From NCBI RefSeq assembly GCF_963921235.1, contig NC_086098.1, positions 121,272,001 through 121,336,000 of the forward strand: a DNA stretch of 64,000 nt, read 5' to 3'. Below the pieces are notes generated by a model. It ran no database searches, had not been told where the DNA came from, and saw only the letters and a list, made by a program, of their open reading frames with translations. Of this stretch, positions 27,452-40,699 are shown in pieces. The position numbers were made by a program, and so were the translations under genes. This DNA comes from Mobula hypostoma. Taxonomy: Eukaryota. Numbering within the stretch: position 1 is the first letter of the stretch; each line of letters starts with the position of its first letter.

Positions 27452-30149
27452 TGTTGTGCACTTAATATTTGAATAATATTGTACATATGTTGCTTGATTA
27501 AGCATTCTTTGTTGTTTACATAATTCATTATGATTATATGTAAAAATACATGAATTGCATACAGCATTATGCTACTATGTGATACGAGTGTGCCTCACTT
27601 AAAGTAAACATGGTTAGACTCACAATTCAGACTCCTGTGCCTTCCTAACAATTAGTTTGAAGTTACGAAACTTTCAAACTTCAATGTTTTGAAGTGGTGA
27701 CAAGGCATTTTTAAAACAAGCCTGAGACAACTACCAAACAGTTGAAGCACAATAAGGAACAGTCAAGTTTAAAAAGACAATGCAGCATGTGTACTTCAGA
27801 AGGGAGACATGATTGAATTTTTTTTTAAAGGCAGAATATGTAAGAATTTACAGGTTCATAAACAGTGAGTACCAGGTGATAATAACCATAAAAGAAAGCA
27901 GAAATGGCTGCTACATCAGGAAGATTGCTCAACTGGTAATGGGTATATTCAGCAAATTGAACAGTATTTTGAACCAAATGAAATATTAATGAGAAATGTG
28001 TACCAGTTTTGCTGAGTTTAAAGGCATACAGTTTTCTTTGAAGTTGGACTGCTCCAGCCAAACCAGCAGAAATAAAATTTGCTGGTATTGTGAAAGCAAT
28101 GCAGAAACATTTTGAATTGACTGCAGAACACTTTAAGTTTTATAAGCAGAATCAAAAGAGTCCATTTCAGCATACTTGGCTAAATTAGAGGGATTGTCTG
28201 ACCATTGTCAGATTGGGAATGGGTTTAATGATGTACAGAGATTGTTTAGTTTGTGGAAACATGAAAGAAAGTATTCAAAAAACAGCTCCTAACTGAAGCA
28301 CAATTTGCATTTAAAAGGACAGTTGAAATTGCTGTATCAATGGAAGCAGCAGACAGAGATGCAATTGAGTTGCAGTCAGGAATAAAAGTGAGTGTGAACA
28401 AAATGACACTGTCTAAACAGAAATTAGACTGGCCAAACAAATAGTGTTACCTTTGTGGCAGAGGCTCACATACACCAGACCAATGCAGGTTTAAAGGTGA
28501 AGCTTTCAGAAAATGCACCAAAGTAGGGCACATACAAAGAGCATGTTGGGCAGACAAAAGTAAATGGACTGCACAGGGAAGAGAAAAAATAAAAAGTTGC
28601 AGTTTCAAAAAAAAAAAGGGCTACACTGCATGCTGTTGATGAAAAATCAGATATTGATGAGAGGGATAGAGGGCTGTGTCACCTTAAGATTTACAATGTG
28701 AAAACTAGCAACAAACAAAAGTGCACACTTAAAATGGAATTGGACACTGGCTCAGCTGTTTCAGTCATTCCACAAAATGAGTTTGAACAGCATTTCAAAG
28801 ATACTAAATTGAAGCCTGCAGATATCCAGCTAAGAACTTATACTGGAGAAAAGATAACGCCTGTGGGAATGACATTCATAATAGTGAGATACAACAACCA
28901 ACAAACCACATATAGTAAAAAGAGGAAGACCAGCATTGTGGGGGTGTGATTATCCGAGACAACCACTACTTGATTGGAGATCCATTCACCATTTGCATGC
29001 CACATCCCCCGCAAAACATCCAACTGAACATGAAGTAGGAAAGGATGATGCCACAACTGTCTTCATGCTGTACACAATGAACGTTGTCAACAGAGGGCAG
29101 ACAGGTGTTGGGGCCAACCTCTGTGCCTCTGGTTGGAAGGCATATTGAACCAAGGGAGGACCATACTGCTCAGAGAAATCATAGAAGTGATGAAAGCAGT
29201 GGTCAAATTACAATAGTTTTTGTTGGTAACACATCTGAGAAAGCTCCTGATATACTAATCAGGCAGTTACTTGAAAAAGGTGACTTGGTTTTAAGCTAGA
29301 AGAGTTCAAAGAGCTTCAGGAAAGTTGCAAGCATTCGGCTTTTGTGAGTATAAAGAATCAAAATCTCTTCTGTGTGCACTAAGATGATTGCATGAACTTC
29401 AAGTGGGAGACAAACATCTACATGTAAAAGTGAATGCAAACACCAAAGCCCAGCTGGATGAATGAAAGGCCAAAGAGAAAGGTTCAATGGACATACGAAA
29501 AGAAGATTCATCAGATGATGTGGATGTGGAAATCAAGAGGGAGGATCAGATCGTAAAGGAAGCAATTGAAAAATTAATGAGAATTCTCTAGTGAACTAAA
29601 TCCACGGTCCCAAGATCAAGATGCACAATCTAAAAGAACATGGGAGAAGAAATATGTCCAGAGCTGTCAGAATGACTTCCTACAGCCTCAGAATCAACTC
29701 CTTCAACCACCACAGAGGAGGCCCCAGACCTGAAACCGTCTCAGCTACCATGCAGAGTGATGCTCCTTGTCAGGAAAGACATCATCCCAGAAGGGTGATA
29801 AATCCTCCACAGTGATTAAATCTTCAGGTTTGAATTGGACAATTTAAAATTTACTATTCTGTAGATGTCTATGTAGCAGTTGTATACTTTATATAGTACA
29901 CTTTGTATAAAGCTGACATGCATTTTCTGTTGAGGTCGAGTTTATAGTTAAGCAGGAAGGAGTGCTGAGTATTTAATATTTTGTTTGATTAAGTATGTTG
30001 TTTATATAATTTATGATATGTAAAAATACATGAATTACATACATCATTACACTACCACATGGTATATGCATGCCTTCCTTAAGTACTCACATTTCAGAAT
30101 CTGATTTAGTTTGAATTAGTTTAGTATTTTGAAGTTACAAAACATAACT
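27452..30149 (+). mobile_element. Gypsy (Mag/K02A2.6-like) LTR retrotransposon, internally substituted, inserted in an old CR1
   Basis: Two related LTRs (27452-about 27690; 29963-about 30149) sharing tatgtaaaaatacatgaatt and gaagttac; PBS-like TGGTGACAAGG 27695-27705; PPT AAGCAGGAAGGAG 29950-29962; gag zinc knuckles CYLCGRGSHTPDQC..RKCTKVGHIQRAC 28445-28546; protease MELDTGSAVSVI from 28734; pol C-terminal CQERHHPRRVINPPQ near 29770-29812. Confidence 0.85.
29100..29650 (+). pseudogene. RBM25: Processed (intron-less) RBM25 N-terminal/RRM fragment inside the LTR element
   Basis: Translates QVLGPTSVPLVGRHIEPREDH...SGQITIVFVGNTSEKAPDILIRQLLEKGDLVLS*, ASGKLQAFGFCEYKE...ALR*LHELQVGDKHLHVKVNANTKAQLDE*KAK...EDQIVKEAIEKLM..EFSSELN. 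This matches recalled RBM25 (TVFVGNISEKASDMLIRQLLAKCGLVLSWKRVQGASGKLQAFGFCEYKE...KVDAKTKAQLDEWKAK...EYSSELN). Three stops and frameshifts. Confidence 0.9.
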
Positions 30150-30249
30150 CTAGTTTATGCAACCTCCCCTTGTAACACAGGACCCTAAATCTACATAACA
30201 TCCCAGTCAATCTTTCCTGCACTTTTGCTTGTTTAACAGCATGATTCCT

Positions 30250-31930
30250 ATAATAAGACATTGGAGCAGAATTCAGCCATTCGGCCCATTCATCTGGCTC
30301 CGCAACTTGATCATGGCTGATCCATTTCCCTCCCAACTCCATTCTCCTGTTTCTCCCCATTCAGACTTTGGTCAAGAATCTAACACTCAACCTGTGCCTT
30401 AAATACACTCAATGACCTAGCCTCCACAATCACCTGTGGCAACAAATTCCACAGATTCACCACTGTCTGACTAAAGAAATTCCTTCTATATCCATTCTGA
30501 GGTTGTGCTCTCTGATCCTAGACTCCCCCACTATAGAAAACATTCAGTCTATATAGGTCTTGCAACATTCTAAATTCCAGTGAGCACAGGGCCAGAGCTA
30601 TCAAATGCTCCTCATGTGATAAGCCTTTCCATTTTGGAATCATTTTCATGAACCTTCTTTGAACCCTCTCTAATGTCAGCATATCCCTTCGAAGATAAGG
30701 GGCCCAAAACTGCTCACAGTACTCCAAGTGAGGCCTCACCACTGCTTCATAAAGCCTCAGCATTATATCCTTGTTTTGAATTCTGGTCCTCACAAAAAGG
30801 ATGCTGTGTTTGCCTTCCTTGCCACGACTAGTCACCAGCAGCCAATTAGAAAAGGCTCTCTTTATTCCCACTCTTTGCCACCTGCCAAACAGCCAATGCT
30901 CTATCCATACTAGTATCTTTCCTGTATTACCATAGGCTCTTATCCCATTAAGTAGCCTGCTCTGTGGCACCTAGTCACTTTTGATAATCCAAGTACACAA
31001 GATCCACTCACTCTCCTGCTTGTTATTTCCTTGAAGAATTCCAAATTTGTTAAGCAAAATTTTCCCTTAAGGAAATCATGCTGATTTTTGGCCCATTTTA
31101 TCCTGTGCCTCCAGTACACTAAAACCTCATCCTTAACAATCAATTCCAACACCTTCCCAACCACTGAGGTCAGGCTAACTGGCCTTAAATTTCCTTCCTT
31201 CTGCCTACCTCCATTCTTGAAGAATGAAGTGACATTTGCAATTTTCCAGTCCTCCAGAACCATCATGGAATCTAGTGATTCTTAAAAGCCCATTACTAAT
31301 GCCTCCACAATCTCTTTCAGAACCATCAAATAGTCCATCCAGTCCAGATGATTTATCTACCTTCAGACCTTTTCAGCACCACCTTCTTAGTAATACCAAC
31401 TACATCCACTTCTGCCACCTGATACTCTTGAGCATCCAGTGAAGATTGATGTAAAATGCACACTCAGTTTGACAGACATTTCCTTGTCCCCCATTATTAC
31501 CTCTCCAGAGTCATTTTCCAGTAGTCCAATATCTACCCTCACTTTACTTTACTCTTTATATTTCTGAAAAAACTTGGATAATATTTGATATTATTAGCTA
31601 GCTTACCTTCATATTTCATCTTTTTGCTTTTTTAGTTGTCTTCTGTAGGTTTATAAGAGCTTCCCAATTCTCTAACTTGCTCTATGCTCTCTCTTTTGCT
31701 TTTATGTTAGCTGACTTCCCTTGTCAGCCACAGTTGTATCTTGCCTTCAGAACACTTCTTTGAACTGCATCTATCTTGCGCCTCTGGAAACTCCTGCCAT
31801 TACTGTTACGTCATCATCTCTGCTAGTGTCCTCTTATGCCTCTGCAGTTCACTTTACTCCACTGTAATACTAATATGTCTGACTTTACCTGCTCCCTTTC
31901 AGACTGCAGGGCGAACGTTATCATATTATA
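30250..31930 (-). mobile_element. Older CR1 LINE, continues at 34290-34420 after a nested younger CR1
   Basis: ORFs 30518-30970 and 30940-31266 (EDWKIANVT, RPVSLTSVVGK, RPHLEYCEQFW). Sequence tcatatta|tgatcact is split by the younger insert. Confidence 0.8.
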
Positions 31931-34289
31931 TAGAAACATAGAAAATAGGTGCAGGAGTAGGCCATTCGGCCCTTCGAGCCTGCACCGCCATTTATTATGA
32001 TCATGGCTGATCATCAAACTCAGAACCCCGCCCCAGCCTTCCCCCCATACCCCCTGACCCCTGTAGCCACAAGGGCCATATCTAACTCCCTCTTAAATAT
32101 AGCCAATGAACTGGCCTCAACTGTTTCCTGTGGCAGAGAATTCCACAGATTCACCACTCTCTGTGTGAAGAAGTTTTTCCTAATCTCGGTCCTAAAAGGC
32201 TTCCCCTTTATCCTCAAACTGTGACCCCTCGTTCTGGACTTCCCCAACATCGGGAGCAATCCTCCTGCATCTAGCCTGTCCAATCCCTTTAGGATTTTAT
32301 ACATTTCAATCAGATCCCCCCTCAATCTTCTAAATTCCAACGAGTACAAGCCCAGTTCATCCAGTCTTTCTTCATATGAAAGTCCTGCCATCCCAGGAAT
32401 CAATCTGGTGAACCTTCTTTGTACTCCCTCTATGGCTAAGATGTCTTTCCTCAGATTAGGGGACCAAAACTGCACACAGTACTCCAGGTGTGGTCTCACC
32501 AAGGCCTTGTACAACTGCAGTAGTACCTCCCTGCTCCTGTACTCGAATCCTCTTGCTATGAATGCTAGCATACCATTTGCCTTTTTCACCGCCTGCTGTA
32601 CCTGCATGCCCACTTTCAATGACTGGTGTATAATGACATCCAGGTCTCGTTGCACCTCCCCTTTTCCTAATCGGCCACCATTCAGATAATAATCTGTCTT
32701 CCTATTTTTGCCACCAAAGTGGATAACTTCACATTTATCCACATTAAATTGCATCTGCTATGAATTTGCCCACTCACCCAACCTATCCAAGTCACTCTGC
32801 ATCCTCTTAGCATCCCCCTCACAGCTAACACTGCCACCCAGCTTCGTGTCATCCGCAAACTTGGAGATGCTGCATTTAATTCCCTCATCCAAGTCATTAA
32901 TATATATTGTAAACAACTGGGGTCCCAGCACTGAGCCTTGCGGTACCCCACTAGTCACCGCCTGCCATTCTGAAAAGGTCCCGTTTATTCCCACTCTTTG
33001 CTTCCTGTCTGCTAACCAATTCTCCATCCACATCAATACCTTACCCCCAATACCGTGTGCTTTAAGTTTGCACACTAATCTCCTGTGTGGGACCTTGTCA
33101 AAAGCCTTTTGAAAATCCAAATATACCACATTCACTGGTTCTCCCCTATCCACTCTACTAGTTACATCCTCAAAAAATTATATGAGATTCATCAGACATG
33201 ATTTTCCTTTCACAAATCCATGCTGACTTTGTCCGATGATTTCACCGCTTTCCAAATGTGCTGTTATCACATCTTTGATAACTGACTCCACCAGTTTCCC
33301 CACCACCGACATTAGGCTAACCGGTCTATAATTCCCTGGTTTCTCTCTCCCTCCGGTTTTAAAAAGTGGGGTTACATTAGCCACCCTCCAATCCTCAGGA
33401 ACTAGTCCAGAATCTAACGAGTTTTGAAAAATTATCACTAATGCATCCACTATTTCTTGGCCTACTTCCTTAAGCACTCTAGGATGCAGACCATCTGGCC
33501 CTGGGGATTTATCTGCCTTCAATCCCTTCAATTTACCTAACACCACTTCCCTACTAACATGTATTTCGCTCAGTTCCTCCATCTCACTGGACCCTCTGTC
33601 CCCTACTATTTCTGGAAGATTATTTATGTCCTCCTTAGTGAAGACAGAACCAAAGTAATTATTCAATTGGTCTGCTATGTCCTTGCTCCCCATATCAATT
33701 CACCTGTTTCTGTCTGTAGGGGACCTACATTTGTCTTTACCAGTCTTTTCCTTTTTACATATCTAAAAAAGCTTTTACAGTCAGCTTTTATGTTCCCTGC
33801 CAGTTTTCTCTCAATCTTTTTTCCCCTTCCTAATTAAGCCCTTTGTCCTCCTCTGCTGAACTTTGAATTTCTCCCAGTCCTCAGGTGAGCCACTTTCTCT
33901 GGCTAATTTGTATGCTTCTTCTTTGGAATTGATACTATCCCTAATTTCTCTTGTCAGCCACGAGTGCACTACCTTCCTTGATTTATTCTTTTGCCAAACT
34001 GGGATGAACAATTGTTGTAGTTCATCCATGCAACCTTTAAATGCTTGCTATTGCATATCCACCGTCAATCCTTTAAGTGTCATTTGCCAGTCTATCTTAG
34101 CTAATTCACGTCTCATACCTTCAAAGTTACCCCTCTTTAAGTTCAGAACCTTTGTTTCTGAATTAACTATGTCACTCTCCGTCTTAATGAAGAATTCCAC
34201 CATATTATGGTCACTCTTACCCAAGGGGCCTCTCACGACAAGATTGCTAATTAACCCTTCCTCATTGCTCAAAACCCAGTCCAGAATAG
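31931..34289 (-). mobile_element. Young 5'-truncated CR1 LINE, near-identical to 9485-11421
   Basis: ORFs 32020-32754, 32758-33153, 33178-33693, 33811-34029 and 34048-; same subfamily sequence and tail as the + copy. Confidence 0.92.
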
Positions 34290-34424
34290 TATGATCACTC
34301 TCTCCTGAGGGTTCCTTTGCCTTAAACTCCCTAATCAGATCCAGTTCATTACAAAACACCCAATCCAAAATAGCTGATCCCCTAGCTCAACCACAATCTG
34401 CTCTAAAAAGCCACATTCATCTGC

Positions 34425-36010
34425 AAAATCATCCTATTCTAACCCTCGCTGATGGTGACCAAAACTGAACACAATACTTCAAAATGCAGCCACACCAATA
34501 TCTTATGTAACTGCAACATGAATTAAAACCTCTTATTCTCAATGCCCCAATTGATGAAGGCATACCCAACACATTCATTGCATACAACAAACTATGCATG
34601 TGCTCCTCAGTCCCTCTAGTACATAACACTCCCTATAGACCCACCATTCACTATACAAGTCCTAAATTGGCTTGATCTCCCAAAATGGCATCTCTCATTT
34701 ATCTAGATTGAAAACCATTTGCCAGTTCTCAGCCCACATACCCAAGTGATCAAGATGTCACCTGTAATTTTTCATAGCCTTCTAGTTTTCATCACCAAAT
34801 GCCAACTTCCCAATACCTTGCATATTCACATCCAATTTATGTAAATTACGAAGTTACATTATTATTTACAGGCATCCAAACAAAGAAACAAATCTTGACC
34901 AACACTCTGCTTTCTACCAGAGACTTAATATTTCCCCGAATCCCATGCAATCTAACCTTCCACACTAGCCTGACCTTATCAAAGATCACGACCCTACCCT
35001 CATCAATCACCTTTTGTCACTTCTTCGAAAAGAACTTAAATTCGTTTTGAGAGACTGGACCTCCACCACAGAAAGCCATATTGGTAGATCCTGTCCCTCC
35101 AGCAATTTGCCTACCACTGATGGTCAGACTCACTCACCTGCAGTTTCCTGACTTGCTTTCCATACCCTTTTAAACAAAGGTGCTACATTAGGCATCCTCC
35201 AGTCCCCTGGAACCTCTCATGGCCAGAAATTAAGTTACTTCTTCTCTTGCCAGAAGGTCCAAAAATACAGTATGCCAGACCCCGAGGATTGATCCACCTT
35301 AATGCATTTTAAAGACCCCAGAACCTCTGCTAACTTCTATGTGGTCACCTTCCCCATTACCTGAGTTTCAATTTTTTGCTGTAGAGAAATCTCTCTCCCA
35401 TTTCCTTCAGTTCCACATATGCTGATCTTTAAGGGGACCTTTTCTCTCCCAACCATCCTTTTATTCTTAACATACCTTGAGAATCTTGTGATTTTTGCCC
35501 AACCGTACCCATCAGATGCCTCTCATATCCAATTTTTACCTTCCTTAGTTGGACTCCTACCCTTTTTGGATGTATACAGCGTAGACCATTTGTACATGTG
35601 CATGGGAAAGCTTCCCTGAGCTAGTCTCATTTGTAGGTATTTCACCCATATCCCTCCAAACCTTCACTATCCTCCAAGTGTCTTTATATCCACTTCCTCT
35701 GGCAGCTCATTCAACATACTCACCACCTTCTGTGTGAGGAAAAAAACCTTTAAAGTGGTCAAGATTTGCTTCCTGGGTTGGAGACTTGTGAGCAGTGGTG
35801 TACCTTAGGAGTCGGTGTTGGAACTTTTGTTGTAAATTATTTACATAAACCATTTGGATGTGAATGTGTAAGACATCATTAGGAACACGACTAATGTCAC
35901 TAAAATAGGTGATGTTGTAGACAATGTAGAAGTTTATGAAATCCTTTAAAACTTGCCCTTTCACCTTAAATATATGCCTTCTAGTTTGGACTCCCCTACC
36001 CTGGGAAAAG
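34425..36010 (-). mobile_element. Highly degraded CR1 fragments
   Basis: KYCVQFWSPS remnant and scattered CR1 RT-like segments. Confidence 0.5.
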
Positions 36011-37947
36011 ACAGAAATCTATATCATTTATTATTAAATAAATAAATAACATCAACATTAATGTGGTCTTTGTAGCTGATGTGTTGCCACCACTCAGTTG
36101 AGCTCAAATTTAAAACCTAAATTCACTTAGCCCAGGGATGAAGACATTAGGCCAAAAGTTCTCCAAATACTTGGAAGAATATATCATGACAAAGGAGGTT
36201 TAAGAGAAATTTGCCAGTCAAATGCATTGTCTTAAATAGTAGTACTGATGTGACACATGTGACAAGTATACAGGAAATTCTTTCCATCCATCTTCAGTGA
36301 TTTTTGATGGCTTTCAGCAATAACCAGTTGCTTATTCTAAAACCTTGGCACCACCCTGTGTGAATTTCTGATGTGAGACCTACATGTTACTTGTATTAGA
36401 TACCCATAGCAAGAATATTTGCTGAATATCAAGGTGCTGATAACTATTGTTTTAATGTGTTGCATTGATGAATTCCACCTCAGACATCAGCTGTAAAATG
36501 TCATCTCCACAGACCAGTATTGAAGTGGCTTGTTGAGTAGATTGCTTGATCCTCAAATTGTCCGTGTGAGACAGGCATTTTAATTTCAACCAAGCAAAAT
36601 CCCCCAGGCACCAGAAACTCAAGTGTGGAATCTGTGGACAGAACAAAAGTTAACTTTCCTACTGGAAATCCTCTTCTAAGGACTGTTGGCACGCAAGTAT
36701 CTTTACCAGTTTCCAAAAAGCTTGATCAAGACAGCAGCTGAATATCTTTAACTTTTATTTTTCCCATTGACATGTCTCCAAAGTGGCAAGTTTTTGTACA
36801 AAAACGTTCCATGCTAACTCATGAAAATTCAATAAGAAACAGCTATCAACTTCCTAACAATTTGCCATTAAAAAAACTGTTAGCTTAATGTTGTACTACT
36901 TAGAGTAGTAGGACAGTACTAAAGTTTCAACTGCAGACTTCTCACTTAATGCAGAGGCCATACTCCAAACCAGCATACAGTGTTTACTGGTTGGGATGGC
37001 ACAAGATTTACATTGAAAACAGTTTGTCAGATATCAGTATCACCCACAATATAACTAGATAAGTGTACAATTGACGGGGATGGACTGCACCACTCCCACG
37101 AATCAATGTTCTTTAATGTTTTGCACTCATTAAAACAGTCATATCTGTAACAGAAGATACAAAGTCAAACTGTTGCTCACGAATGCAATCTCCAGAAATG
37201 TGGCGTTTTCCCCAACCAGCTGAAACTACAGCGGATCCCCCAGCCTACTTAAAAATCAATTGGATCGTTGTTCCCTATTTAAATCAGTAATGTGGCCCCA
37301 TAAAACCTCGAGAATAAAATAGAAAATGCTCCCACTTCCAAAACTGGTCTGAGACTAAAGACGAAAATGTTACGTTACAATGCAGTTAGTCAGCCAGATA
37401 CCCTGGCGGTCCTAAAGATTACTGCGGGCGGGCGGGCAGGGGAGGAGGAGTTGTTGGAGCACATTGCCGACACACTTGAGCATTGAATGTCTCTGCACAA
37501 GGCGAGTACGCCATTTTAAAACCAGAACGGAGCAAACAAAAATCAGCAGCTAACGCAACGCCCGGGCACTGGGAGAGGCAGCACTGAGCTGACGGGCTAG
37601 AATGCGGAGGTCAATGGAGCTACATCCTTAACAGTCAAAAATAAACAAAAAGAACAAAAGCTATTGGGAAATTATTGTGGGAGAGAAACACTGCTAAGGG
37701 ACTAATTTAAGTTCGGAATTTCGGAAAAGGTCCGGCAAACCCTCCCCCCTGCCCCGCCGTTGCTGTGAGAAACCTTTACTGCAACAAAGGATGGGAATGT
37801 GAGCGGACGGAGAGTTAGACAGCGTCCCGAAGAAGCGAGATTGAATTCAAGAGATTAGACGGCGTTCGCCCCAAAAAAAAGTCCCTTCAGAAACAGCAAG
37901 TGGTCGAGGATCACGGTGACCTGGAAAGCACAGCCGGCGGTGGGCTT

Positions 37948-38700
<753 letters not shown>

Positions 38701-39291
38701 AAATGAACACAACAACTGAACCACCAGAGCCCTCCATAGTGTGAAAGTGCAAATTGTCCAAACCTTGGCCCATAGCATGAAGCGAAATCTAAAGACCAGG
38801 GCTTCAGCCCTTCATTGTGTGAATAGCGCTACTCATTTCTACCTCATCACTTCTTCCCATTCTTGCAAATAATTCTTGTCTCCAGAGGGCACCACTTCAT
38901 CCATATTCAAGTTTGGGAATGAACATTTTAAAACACAGTACCAGTACCTTAGCCTGTAGGATCGGATGAATGAACTGCTGCAGGTGAACAACTCAGTTGC
39001 TATACACAGTGCAGCAACAACAAAGGTCATTCATGCACTCATATGGTTTCTGGCAGAGTTTGGCACGATGATGAAATGTCAAGGGAAGGAGCCAAACAAT
39101 TTCTTAAACACATTTGGAGCATCTATAAATGCAAATATATTGGAAAATGGTAAAATGTCAACTGCTCAATTTAAATAGTGAATAGATATGGCAATGAAAT
39201 CTCCAAGAGATTGCAGATGCTGGAACCTCGTTCAAAAAAGAAACAAACTGCTGGGAGGAAGTCAGCAGCACTGTCTGAAGTCAAAGGGATG

Positions 39292-40207
39292 GTAAACAAC
39301 AGGAATTCTGCAGATGCTGAAAATTCAAGCAACACACATCAAAGTTGCTGGGGAACGCAGCAGGCCGGGCAGCATCTCTAGGAAGAGGTACAGTCAACGT
39401 TTCAGGCCGAGACCCTTCGTCAGGACTAACTGAAAGAGGAGTTAGTAAGAGATTTGAAAGTGGGAGGGGGAAGAGGGAGATCCAAAATGATAGGAGAAGA
39501 CAGGACGGGGAGGGATGGAGCCAAGAGCTGGACAGGTGATTGGCAAAAGGGATATGAGAGGATCATGGGACAGGAGGCCCAGAGAGAAAGACAAGTGGTG
39601 GGGGGAACCCAGAGGATGGGCAAGGGGTATAGTCAGAGGGACAGAGGGAGAAAAAGGAGAGTGAGAGAAAGAATGCATGTATAAAAATAAATAACGGTTG
39701 GGGTATGAGGGGGAGGTGGGGCATCAGCAGAAGTTAGAGAAATCAATGTTTATGCCATCGTGCCTTCTCTTCCGTCTGGGTAGCCTCCAACCTGATGGCA
39801 TGAACATTGACTTCTCAAACTTCTGCTAATGCCCCACCTCCCCCTCATACCCCATCTGTTATTTATTTTTACACACACATTCTTTCTCTCTCTCCTTTTT
39901 CTCCCTCTGACTATACTCCTCGCCCATCCTCTGGGTACCCCCCCCCCCCGTCTTTCTCCCCAGGCCTCCTGTCCCATGATCCTCTCATATCCCCTTTTGC
40001 CAATCACCTGTCCAGCTCTTGGCTCCATCCCTCCCCCTCCTGTCTTCTCCTATCATTTTGGATCTCCCCCTCCCCCTCTCAAATCTCTTACTAACTCTTC
40101 CTTCAGTTAGTCCTGATGAAGGGTCTCGGCCTGAAACATCGACTGTACCTCTTCCTAGAGATGCTTCCCGGCCTGCTGCGTTCACCAGCAACTTTGATGT
40201 GTGTTGC
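39292..40207. mobile_element. Palindromic Penelope-like insertion (two inverted 3' ends)
   Basis: Arms about 39328-39759 and 39794-40208 are reverse complements. The right arm encodes the Penelope-type C-terminus (LFRLGSLQPDGMNIDFSNF). 11-bp direct repeat TCAAAGGGATG at 39281-39291 and 40208-40218. Confidence 0.75.
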
Positions 40208-40699
40208 TCAAAGGGATGCTTGAAGCTTCGGGTTGTTCTTGTATCCCTTTGCCTCAGCAATGAAACGTGGAAATATACAAGTCTGGTGCATGTACATAGT
40301 AGGATGGACCAAGATAGCTTAATGATAAATAGGTACTCTGGTACTTTAGCCCTTGAAGATCCTTTCACACTACCAGTTTGTCAGGCCCTTTGAAGTGCCA
40401 AATAATGCAAGCTAGATTTTTAGGTAATTGCACAGCTAACTGGCTCCTTCACCCCATTCAGGGATGGCCTGGCAGTGACCATCATACACTGAGTGAATAT
40501 GCAGCCAGTGAAGGCAATTTAAAACACACAGCACAGCTCAGTAATGGCCCTTCGTACCTGTCATCAGTGGATAGTACAGTCTTCACTACAAATACTGTCT
40601 TGGCAGTATATATTAAAAAAAGAAAGTGGGGCTTTTGGGAATTTCTGATGGGCTTCAATTGCAATTTATTAGGTACTTGGCAAAGGTCAATAAAAATAA

